Below the pieces are notes generated by a model. The model saw only the letters and a list, made by a program, of their open reading frames with translations. It made no database searches and had not been told where the DNA came from. Both the position numbers and the translations under genes were made by a program. From an uncultured Rhodospirillaceae bacterium (GTDB lineage Bacteria; Pseudomonadota; Alphaproteobacteria; MPNO01; UBA830), in contig CAYPNT010000005.1 in the NCBI GenBank assembly GCA_964412235.1, positions 5,879-69,878 of the forward strand: DNA of 64,000 nt, given 5' to 3'. This document shows, piece by piece, positions 45,570 to 53,727 of this stretch. How positions within the stretch are numbered: the first letter of the stretch is position 1; each line of letters starts with the position of its first letter.

Positions 45570-46074
45570 TTGGATCGAAGCCGACCCAGGCCATTTCAAC
45601 GGCTTGTTCTATCTCCATCGCGTCGCGCAACTCTTCGTATAGTGTGTCCCCTACCAAACGCCAAATATCTCTCGTTATACGCGCAATTGCTTGAAATGCA
45701 TCTCGCGTATCTATATGGCCCGGGTCAAAGCCATACTCATTTGCCCATTCAACTATTCCGTCGCTGTCCTCATACTCGGAAGCCACAGAGCCCAGGTAGC
45801 GAATGGCATCTTTCAATTCGGGGGGAGCCTCACCATGGAGGCATGTAAAGTAGAACTCCATTTCATGAGTTCGACCCCTAATAATACACTTGTAGTGATC
45901 ACAATCATCTGGGATGTGAGATTGGTGAAGGTCTGGGTTGTCTTTAGACGGCTGATATTCCCACGATATTTTCGCGCGGGATATAAAATCCTCTATGTCC
46001 ATACGGGCGAATTTACCTGTTTTTTCTGATGTTGTTATAAATAAGGTGCGATATAAAACAGTCTTACGTGACAA
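45559..46074 (-). CDS. Hypothetical protein
   Basis: 171 aa (147 aa if it starts at Met 46002). It is acidic, and I recognised no family. Its 3' end overlaps the convergent upstream gene by 11 nt. Confidence 0.35.
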   Translation of the reverse strand: MSRKTVLYRTLFITTSEKTGKFARMDIEDFISRAKISWEYQPSKDNPDLHQSHIPDDCDHYKCIIRGRTHEMEFYFTCLHGEAPPELKDAIRYLGSVASEYEDSDGIVEWANEYGFDPGHIDTRDAFQAIARITRDIWRLVGDTLYEELRDAMEIEQAVEMAWVGFDPTRH

Positions 46075-46109
46075 TGCAATACGGTCGCGAATTTGGTATA
46101 ACTACTTAA

Positions 46110-47021
46110 ATGTCAATTCTTTCAATTCCTGAACCAGCCAACCTTTTAAGCGTGTCCATGGACGATGGTGCAACTATAATTGTACGTCAATATGGTGATA
46201 CGTCTAAATCTCGCGTCATCCTAAGCCATGGGAATGGCTTCGCAATTGACGGATATATCCCCTTTTGGGCGCTTCTTTTGTCTGATTTCGAAGTGGTCGT
46301 CTTTGATTTTAGGAATTATGGACGTAATCCGGTGCATGACGGTGATCACGACTATAAACGATTTTATTCCGATATGGGTGCGCTTTATGGCTCGGTTGAG
46401 CATGAGTTTGGTCCAAAAACCCAGGCCGGAGTTTTTCATTCTATGTCAGCGCGTGTAAATCTCAACTTGGCACTGGAGGGGCAGAGGCATTTAGATGCAA
46501 TGATCCTATTTGACCCACCTATGGTCCCAATGCAAGGTCACCCCTTACGCCAATGCCTGATGGACGAAGAGGAACTCCTTTGGAGATGGAGCGCCGGGCG
46601 ACCGGAGTGTTTTGAAAACCCGACCGAACTTGCCACGACATTTTCCAAATCACGGATGCTTTCGGGTTGGGTTGATGGCGCTTATGAAATGATGGCTCGA
46701 TCCGTGTTAAGGGAGGAGCCCGATACTGGGTTGTGGCGTCTAGTCTGCAGCCCGCTAAGAGAATCCCACATATATAGACAAAACGCCGATTTAAACATAT
46801 GGCCTTTTGTTGATGAGTTACCTTGTCCAGTGTTACTGGTTGGTGGAGACCCGGAAACAGACAGACCGTCTGTGCCGTCCTTTGCTTGCAAAGCACTTGG
46901 GATGGAAAGAGGTTGGAGATATAAATGTGTTCCTGATACAAATCATTTTGCCCAACTGCAAAAACCTGAAGCTTGTGTCGAATTAACCCATGAATTTCTG
47001 TCAGAGGCCGGCCTGTTTTGA
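46110..47021 (+). CDS. Alpha/beta hydrolase fold protein (atypical nucleophile elbow)
   Basis: The N-terminal SHGNGF and a central FHSMSA (instead of GHSxGG) are present, with a distal NHF His. Confidence 0.55.
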   Translation: MSILSIPEPANLLSVSMDDGATIIVRQYGDTSKSRVILSHGNGFAIDGYIPFWALLLSDFEVVVFDFRNYGRNPVHDGDHDYKRFYSDMGALYGSVEHEFGPKTQAGVFHSMSARVNLNLALEGQRHLDAMILFDPPMVPMQGHPLRQCLMDEEELLWRWSAGRPECFENPTELATTFSKSRMLSGWVDGAYEMMARSVLREEPDTGLWRLVCSPLRESHIYRQNADLNIWPFVDELPCPVLLVGGDPETDRPSVPSFACKALGMERGWRYKCVPDTNHFAQLQKPEACVELTHEFLSEAGLF

Positions 47022-47038
47022 GGCGGTATACTGTATGT

Positions 47039-48034
47039 TTAGGATGTAACGCTTTTCGGGTTTAATCTATTTTTGCGAGCCGTCATTTTTTCCGCCATCT
47101 TGGGCCCTCGCCCCGGTGTGGACCATGGGCACACTGCAATGCAGATCCCGCAGCCTTGTGTTTCGTTAAAATATGGAATGCATTTGTCAAAATCGACGTA
47201 CCATTTTTCGATTCCGCGCACCGGATTTTTCTCGCGGTGGATGGCGTCGGGCGGGCACGCGTTGGTGCAGATTTGGCAATTAGTACAAAAATCGTCAGCG
47301 CCGAAGACGTCTGGAACGTTAGTAACTAATGGTATGTCGGTAAGCACTCCAGCGAGTCGTAATGAGGATCCAAATTGGCGGTTTATGAGAGAGCCGTGCT
47401 TTCCAAGTTCGCCCATACCGGCTTCGATAGCAGCGGGGATTAGCAACATCGGCCCGGCCGTTGGCCCGCCATGGGGTCTCGCTGAATAACCGTGTCCTTG
47501 TATGAAATTTGCGATTGCGCGAGCAGCGCGGGTGCCGCGGTTATATTGGGTAATGACCTCAATCGGCGATTCGATCGATGGGGCCTTGACAAGCTCGGTG
47601 TGGTCCATCGCGACGCCGATTATAACAACCCAGGGTTCGGTTATCTCAAAACCTTCGAACACCCATTGCTGGTCCACTCGCGCAACTCCGATAATGTCGC
47701 TTTCATTAGCTAGGCCATGTGCGACAATGCGTGTGACCCAGTTTTCTGGTGTATCCTCAGTAGCTGAATCGGGCTGTTCCGGTCGCTTGGTGCTGCCACG
47801 CCCCCCAAATTTATGCTGAAAACCCTGCAATTCCGGATATTCGTCGTATCGCTTCAGGTAATAGTCCTGGAGGGCTTTATGTGGTAAATCGTCGTCACCG
47901 TAATGCCAGAAGATCGGTGTTGGGGGCCGAATTTTCGTTTCCCCTAGGCCATTGAGCGTATTGCCTGAAACGTCAGGGAACAAAGCAAGCTGTTCAGCGG
48001 GTGGTTGGTATATAGGCTTTTCTGGTTTCGGCAT
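47039..48034 (-). CDS. Reductive-dehalogenase/QueG-like cobalamin-type Fe-S protein, cytoplasmic
   Basis: GMGELGKHGSLINRQFGSSLRLAGVLTD parallels the QueG/RdhA core. It is followed by two cluster motifs, CTNCQICTNACP and C-x10-CGICIAVCPW. It has no Tat or Sec signal. Confidence 0.55.
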   Translation of the reverse strand: MPKPEKPIYQPPAEQLALFPDVSGNTLNGLGETKIRPPTPIFWHYGDDDLPHKALQDYYLKRYDEYPELQGFQHKFGGRGSTKRPEQPDSATEDTPENWVTRIVAHGLANESDIIGVARVDQQWVFEGFEITEPWVVIIGVAMDHTELVKAPSIESPIEVITQYNRGTRAARAIANFIQGHGYSARPHGGPTAGPMLLIPAAIEAGMGELGKHGSLINRQFGSSLRLAGVLTDIPLVTNVPDVFGADDFCTNCQICTNACPPDAIHREKNPVRGIEKWYVDFDKCIPYFNETQGCGICIAVCPWSTPGRGPKMAEKMTARKNRLNPKSVTS

Positions 48035-48045
48035 CGAGGTATCGT

Positions 48046-48813
48046 TCAGGTAGCGACGGGGGTACCGCCACGGTCGGTCAAATAGGTGGCGAGTTCCGCA
48101 CCGGTCATGGGTAAAGAAAACATTTCGTTGCGCATATGCAAGCGCTGCATCGAAACGTCCTGGAGAGCTTTTTTTGCTTTTTCGAAATCACTCTCCGACA
48201 AAATCACGTCCTTTAGGTCGTGAGCAGCGTGGTCAACGTGTCCATCCTCATCGTCTGCGATGATTTTAAAGGCGGCGGCAAGTTTTGTTTCAAAACTGCC
48301 CCCTGTTAGCTTAGCACCCTCGCGGAAGGTCGCCGTCCCGCCACCTTCTGTCAACTCCATTACAGCTCGTACAGCAACGTTTTTAGAATTTACATATTGG
48401 TGTCTCATATTGTTTAGTTTTTCATCTTCTGGAAGCTGTTCAGCATCGCCGTGCTTTAAGGGTCTATCCAGCAAATCCTCCAGAACTTCTGCAAGCACCG
48501 TGTAGTGCATAAATTCTTCTATCATTTGTTCAAGTCGATGGTGAAATGATCGCCGGTCAAGACCGCTATCAACATTTTCAAAGTTATCGACAAGATGAGA
48601 AAATTCCATGTGGAGCCCACAAGAAAAGCCGTCGGTCGGTCCGTATCCAATAACGGGGTTAAGTTCTTTATACACGGCTGCTTTCAAATACCGAATCCAT
48701 TTGTCCTTCGTTGGCTGAGAATCAAAAAACCGACGCGTTAATTCTGCTTCTGTTTCCCAATAAGGCTTCGCTATATCAACCAGCTGCTGTACGTATGGAT
48801 TTTGATCGTTCAT
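48046..48813 (-). CDS. Hypothetical protein with ferritin-like di-iron-type motifs
   Basis: 255 aa. It shows the motif series HMEFSH ... MIEEFMH (ExxH) ... MELTEGG ... DDEDGHVDH (ExxH). It lies 11 nt upstream of the RdhA-like gene on the same strand. Confidence 0.4.
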   Translation of the reverse strand: MNDQNPYVQQLVDIAKPYWETEAELTRRFFDSQPTKDKWIRYLKAAVYKELNPVIGYGPTDGFSCGLHMEFSHLVDNFENVDSGLDRRSFHHRLEQMIEEFMHYTVLAEVLEDLLDRPLKHGDAEQLPEDEKLNNMRHQYVNSKNVAVRAVMELTEGGGTATFREGAKLTGGSFETKLAAAFKIIADDEDGHVDHAAHDLKDVILSESDFEKAKKALQDVSMQRLHMRNEMFSLPMTGAELATYLTDRGGTPVAT

Positions 48814-49039
48814 CTCGTTTCCCTTTTACATCTTTTGGTGGCGCTGTGTCCGCTTTTGTTGTCTGATGTAGGAGTCAACGAGACTCCGGGTTAGTATTTG
48901 CCACCGTTTTCTGCACCGCGCCGATATTATCTTATATAACCATGTTGCCAGATGGCTACATGTCGGTATGTGAATTTAAGTTGAGTTGCAGTTTTTGCAA
49001 GTTAGTCACACGGAGGGCAACTTTACCGGCACACGGTGT

Positions 49040-49053
49040 CTATTTCGAAATAG
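49040..49053. repeat. Perfect 14-bp palindrome CTATTTCGAAATAG (candidate operator)
   Basis: Read directly from the sequence. It lies in the 418-nt divergent intergenic region. A second palindrome, TTGCA-N5-TGCAA, lies at 48986-49000. Confidence 0.3.
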
Positions 49054-49231
49054 GCGGACATCCGTTAGAACCGCAACACTCGGACAGAATAACGGAATCC
49101 ACCAGCGCAAATCCTTTGAACACGGTATGGGCGCAGCCAAGAAGAGGTTTGCCTCTACCGTTGGACTATTTTCACAATTTATCCCATAATTACAAATAGT
49201 TACATGATTAAGAAAAAAGAGGTGACGGTTC

Positions 49232-50119
49232 GTGGAAACTATAAATATTCAGTTTACTTTGTTCTCGGCGTTTTATTCGCCGCTGATTTCAACGTTTTCC
49301 GCCGGATTTCTCCAGGAGGAGGGGCTGAATCCTCAATGGACCGTCTCACCACCCGGCGTGTCAGCGATCGCAGCTCTGGAAGATGGGTCGGCGCATGTTG
49401 TCCAGTCAGCTCTAAGCCAGGGTTTCGCGCCTCTCTCTAAAGGTCAACGTCCCAGCGTTGTCCATTTTGCTCAAATTAATGAAATGGATGGTTTCTTTAT
49501 AAGCGCTCGCGATGCTGATGGCGATTTTAGTTGGGATAAACTGGAAGGCTCTGATGTTGTAACTTTTTCCGGCGGGCAGCCGTTGGCCATGTTCAAATAT
49601 GCTTGTCATAAAGCAGGGATAGATTTTAACAAAATTAATCTTATTCATCCCGGTGGTGCTGCTGATATTGACGAGGCCTTTCGGGCAGGCACTGGTGATT
49701 ATGTGCAGCAACAAGGTCCATTTCCCCAGCAGTTGGAGGCCGACGGGGTGGCGTCGATTGTTGCGCAATCCGGACCATTGATCGGACCCGTTGGTTTTTC
49801 AAGTCTTGCCGCAAGGCCGGATTGGTTGAAAACCGAAATGGCTGAGCGATTTATGCGGGCATACCGTAAGACAAGAATCTACATGAATGAAACGCCCGCC
49901 GCTGAAATAGCGGCGGCTGAAAAACCGTATTTTCCAAATATTGATGAAGCTGTTCTTACTAAATGTATTGCGTCTTACCAGGACCTTGGTACATGGACCC
50001 CACACGTAGAGATTACCCCTTTAGTCTTCGACGTTGTTCTGGACGTATTTGAACACTTTGGGACACTTTCAGAACGGTACAGATGGGAACAGGTGTGTGT
50101 GAACCCACCCGGTAGTTGA
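49232..50119 (+). CDS. NMT1/THI5-like (NitT/TauT substrate-binding-protein fold) protein without signal peptide
   Basis: GTG start with GAGGTG 7 nt upstream. An in-frame TGA 9 nt upstream excludes any N-terminal extension. The protein begins directly with the first beta-strand (INIQFTLFSAFYSPL). Confidence 0.55.
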   Translation: METINIQFTLFSAFYSPLISTFSAGFLQEEGLNPQWTVSPPGVSAIAALEDGSAHVVQSALSQGFAPLSKGQRPSVVHFAQINEMDGFFISARDADGDFSWDKLEGSDVVTFSGGQPLAMFKYACHKAGIDFNKINLIHPGGAADIDEAFRAGTGDYVQQQGPFPQQLEADGVASIVAQSGPLIGPVGFSSLAARPDWLKTEMAERFMRAYRKTRIYMNETPAAEIAAAEKPYFPNIDEAVLTKCIASYQDLGTWTPHVEITPLVFDVVLDVFEHFGTLSERYRWEQVCVNPPGS

Positions 50120-50128
50120 GAGTTGTCA

Positions 50129-51028
50129 ATGGACAACGCGGTGGGGTTGAAGCTGCTTCCACGACAACCGCTATTTGCGGTGGAATTAGGTGGAATAAAT
50201 CTCAGGCAAACGTTTAGCAAGGAGCAGATCGACCAAATTGTCGCCGTTTTACATAAATTTGCGGTTGGTATTGTCAGGCATGACGCGCCACTAACGGATG
50301 ACGAACATATTGCTTTTAGTCTGCTCCTCGGGCCCATCGAGAAAAAGAATATCTTGAAAGTTTCCAATAGTGGAAAAAACCGTCTCGCTCGCTTTGAAAT
50401 TATAGACCAAAGCAATCTTGATGAAACTGGGAATATTTATTCAGACACCGATCGTCGCCTCGCCTTTAAGCGAGCCAACCGGCTTTGGCATACGGATATG
50501 TCGTTTCATTCAAATCGTGCCACATACTCTTTGCTTTCTGCAGTTTTATTGCCGTTTGATGGTGGTCCAAAAACTGAGTTTGCGGATATGCGTGCCGCGT
50601 ATGACGCCCTGCCACAAAAAATGAAGAAAAGTTTAACCGGTCTGGTTTCAGAGCATTCTTACTGGTATTCCCGCGTCGCGGGTGGAGGACCGAAGGCATC
50701 TCTGGAAGAACTTGCCTCGAGGCCACCCGCACAACATTTTCTCGTGCATGAGCGCGGGGGCCGAATGGCTCTGTACTTGGCATCGCATGCATCACAGATC
50801 GTAGGGTGGCCACCCGATGAAAGCCGTGATCTTTTAGATGAACTAATAACTTTTGCGACCCAACAGCAGTTCATCTATGAACATAGTTGGAATACCGGGG
50901 ACGTGGTAATATGGGATAATCTATTAACCATGCACCGAGCGCGACCCTTTGATGATCGGGTACAGGTTCGGGACGTGCGGCGTACAACCTGCAGGGAAAT
51001 TGATCCTTTATTACTTGAAGGAAAGTAA
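50129..51028 (+). CDS. TauD/TfdA-family 2-oxoglutarate-dependent dioxygenase
   Basis: It has LWHTDMSF (HxD), YSLLSAV, WDNLLTMHRA (distal His) and an RxxxR tail. TTG 50123 is an alternative start. Confidence 0.75.
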   Translation: MDNAVGLKLLPRQPLFAVELGGINLRQTFSKEQIDQIVAVLHKFAVGIVRHDAPLTDDEHIAFSLLLGPIEKKNILKVSNSGKNRLARFEIIDQSNLDETGNIYSDTDRRLAFKRANRLWHTDMSFHSNRATYSLLSAVLLPFDGGPKTEFADMRAAYDALPQKMKKSLTGLVSEHSYWYSRVAGGGPKASLEELASRPPAQHFLVHERGGRMALYLASHASQIVGWPPDESRDLLDELITFATQQQFIYEHSWNTGDVVIWDNLLTMHRARPFDDRVQVRDVRRTTCREIDPLLLEGK

Positions 51029-52632
51029 TGGAAAAGAAATCGTTTGATTATGTGATTGTTGGTGGTGGTTCTGCGGGGTGTGTTATGGCAGCCCGCCTTA
51101 GTGAAAATCCTAATAAAACCGTGTGTCTGCTTGAGGCGGGACCTCGAGACCGACACCCTTTTATCCACGTCCCTGCGGCTCTTTTTACCCTTATGAGGCA
51201 TAAGACATTAAATTGGTGCTTTTCAACGGAACCACAAGAAGCAATGGAGGAAGCTCGGGTTTATCTGCCCAGAGGCAAGGTGCTTGGTGGTTCAAGCTCC
51301 ATAAACGGGATGGTGTATATTCGCGGACATCGTAATGACTATGACGATTGGGCTGCGGCCGGAAATTATGGGTGGAGTTGGAACGATGTTTTGCCGTGGT
51401 TTAAGAAATCCGAGTCCAATGAACAATTTGGCGAAGATCCCTTGCATGGTAATTCGGGGCCGTTAAACGTCACGTTTGTAGACAGACCAAACCCACTGCA
51501 CGAAACCTTCTGCGTTGCTGCGGAGGCGCTCCAATACCGACGTAATGATGATTTTAACGGCCAAGAGCAGGAGGGTTTTGGTATTCATCAAGTTACTCAG
51601 AAAAACGGTCGCCGCTGGTCTACTGCCGCGGCGTTTCTAAAACCCGCCCAGAACCGTCCAAACCTCGAAATTATAACAGAAGCGACGGTAACACGGGTTG
51701 TCGTGTCTGAAGGGAAGGCCACCGGTGTAGAAATTCACATTGGTGGTACGTCACGACAGATTGGAGTTAAAGAAGAGGTTATCTTGTCCGCTGGTGCGTT
51801 TATTTCGCCTCAGATATTAATGCTTTCGGGTATTGGAGACGGAGAAATTTTGTCTAAAAAGGGGATAGAGGTTGTTCGCAATATTCCAGACGTCGGGAAG
51901 AATTTGCAAGACCATATTGCGGTGCGGCTCGAATATGATAGCCCAAGTACCACGCCTTATGGACTGTCTTTCCGGGCGTTACCATACCATGCATGGCAAG
52001 CGTCAAAATATTTGTTTGCTCGGCGCGGGTTCTGGACAAGCAATCTTGTGGAAGGGTGCGGTTTCATCAGGAGTGAGAGGAATCTTGATCGACCCGATAT
52101 ACAGATCGTGTTTGTACCCGGTAAGAGAGGACAAAATGGACGATTGATGGGGTGGGGCCACGGTTTTAGTACAAATACAGTATTGCTGCGGCCTAAAAGT
52201 AGAGGTGAAGTTCGCCTTTCTTCAAACAACCCGAGTGATCCTCCGGTTATCGACCCAAGGTTTTTCTCCGAGGATCAAGATCTAAAGGTGTTGACGCGCG
52301 GGTTTAGTCAGGTACGCCGATTGACCGACTCACCATCATTTGACGGGCTGCGCGGTCGTGAAGTAGCGCCGGGTCAACTTTTCGAAGATGAGGCAGAGCT
52401 ATCGGATTGGGTTCGCGAGTCCGCAAGTACAATTTTTCACCCAGTTGGTACCTGTAGGATGGGAAACGATGATGCGTCTGTAGTTGACCCGGAACTTCGT
52501 GTTCGTGGTGTGCGGGGCCTGAGAGTGGTCGATGCTTCTATAATGCCTACGATTGTTGGTGGAAACACGAACGCGCCCGTTATCATGATTGCAGAGAAGG
52601 CTGCCGACATGATCGGTAGTTTGGCATCTTAA
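51028..52632 (+). CDS. GMC-family FAD oxidoreductase (choline dehydrogenase-like)
   Basis: It has FDYVIVGGGSAGCVMAARLSE, GKVLGGSSSINGM and HPVGTCRMG, with a C-terminal NTNAP. The ATG shares one base with the upstream stop. Confidence 0.85.
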   Translation: MEKKSFDYVIVGGGSAGCVMAARLSENPNKTVCLLEAGPRDRHPFIHVPAALFTLMRHKTLNWCFSTEPQEAMEEARVYLPRGKVLGGSSSINGMVYIRGHRNDYDDWAAAGNYGWSWNDVLPWFKKSESNEQFGEDPLHGNSGPLNVTFVDRPNPLHETFCVAAEALQYRRNDDFNGQEQEGFGIHQVTQKNGRRWSTAAAFLKPAQNRPNLEIITEATVTRVVVSEGKATGVEIHIGGTSRQIGVKEEVILSAGAFISPQILMLSGIGDGEILSKKGIEVVRNIPDVGKNLQDHIAVRLEYDSPSTTPYGLSFRALPYHAWQASKYLFARRGFWTSNLVEGCGFIRSERNLDRPDIQIVFVPGKRGQNGRLMGWGHGFSTNTVLLRPKSRGEVRLSSNNPSDPPVIDPRFFSEDQDLKVLTRGFSQVRRLTDSPSFDGLRGREVAPGQLFEDEAELSDWVRESASTIFHPVGTCRMGNDDASVVDPELRVRGVRGLRVVDASIMPTIVGGNTNAPVIMIAEKAADMIGSLAS

Positions 52633-52634
52633 AA

Positions 52635-53609
52635 TCAATATACGTTTAAAACAATTTTTCCAAAATGCTTATTTGCTTTCATGTATTCGACTGCTTCGGC
52701 TACATCGTCTAGGGAAAATTCGCAGTCGACCGGTAGGCTTAGCGCGCCTGCTTCAACATCAGACCATAGGTCAGCTTGCATCGTTCGAACTATAGCGCGT
52801 ACCTCTTCGATGGTTCTCGTTCGAAAAGTGACGCCGACGTAATCAATACGTCGCTGCGCATGGAGGTCGAAATTGAAATCTCCTGAAAAACCGCCTAATC
52901 GCCCCACGTTTACAATGCGACCGAGCACACGGGTGGCCGCCAGGTTGGCGTTGGCCGCATAGCCGGAAATTTGGTCTACGATTAGATCTAAACCTGCCCC
53001 ACCTGTTGCATGAAGAACCTCCTCGACCCAAGTTTCATCGCGAGAGTCCACGGCTAAATCCGCACCAAATTCTCTAAGACGGCCGCGCCGTTCAGAATTT
53101 GTTGAAGAACCTACGACCAACTTCGCGCCGAGCCTCTTGGCTATTTGCAGGCCCATCAGGCCAACGCCAGTACTAGCACCTTGGATCATTACGCTTTCGC
53201 CCCGTTGAAAACGACCAGCGGTCACTATAGCGTTGTGCATTGTTTGTAATGCCACTGGCAGAGTAGACGCCTGTGCCCATGTCATGTTGTTTGCGGGGAT
53301 GGGAACTGTTCTACCCCAGTCGGCCACCGCATATTGTCCCCAGCCTGATGTCCCCGTGCACATAACTCGGTCACCAGGTTTCACATTAGTGACCTCGTTG
53401 CCCATATCTACAACCTCTCCGACATACTCGATCCCTGGGATCGTCCCGGGCCCACCATTCCGGCCATGTGCCATACCGCTTGCTACCATTGAGTCGGCCC
53501 TGTTCATTCCACAGGCATGAACCTTGATTAAAACCTCGTTTGATTTGGGTGTTGGTTCCGCTGTGTCACCCACTTTAATACCATTGTCACCTACCATCGC
53601 CGCTTTCAT
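52635..53609 (-). CDS. Medium-chain dehydrogenase/reductase (NADPH:quinone oxidoreductase-like)
   Basis: 324 aa. It has GESVMIQGASTGVGL (a nucleotide-binding motif) and an N-terminal GMNRAD block. Confidence 0.8.
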   Translation of the reverse strand: MKAAMVGDNGIKVGDTAEPTPKSNEVLIKVHACGMNRADSMVASGMAHGRNGGPGTIPGIEYVGEVVDMGNEVTNVKPGDRVMCTGTSGWGQYAVADWGRTVPIPANNMTWAQASTLPVALQTMHNAIVTAGRFQRGESVMIQGASTGVGLMGLQIAKRLGAKLVVGSSTNSERRGRLREFGADLAVDSRDETWVEEVLHATGGAGLDLIVDQISGYAANANLAATRVLGRIVNVGRLGGFSGDFNFDLHAQRRIDYVGVTFRTRTIEEVRAIVRTMQADLWSDVEAGALSLPVDCEFSLDDVAEAVEYMKANKHFGKIVLNVY

Positions 53610-53727
53610 TTTTGCTCCTCAACAACAAATTTCAGACAATCGTTCCAACTGCGAAGAAAAACTTTCTCGCAGGCCCTTGCCGGACTGTGCCAGCATCCCC
53701 ATCATGACCTTCGGAGAGGGGACGTCA

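Noticed and set aside
48814-49231. A cobalamin riboswitch (upstream of the RdhA-like operon) or a TPP riboswitch (upstream of the NMT1/THI5-like gene).
   Set aside because: I could not find the B12-box core (GCCACTG) or the TPP CUGAGA / ACCUGAUCUGGAUAAUGCCAGCG-type elements on either strand. Only weak partial similarities appear. A covariance-model scan is needed before any claim.
53524-53727. A 68-codon N-terminal extension of the second UbiD ORF.
   Set aside because: It is mostly antisense to the 5' end of the quinone-oxidoreductase gene (52635..53609). The internal ATG 53728 has an SD and matches the paralogue.
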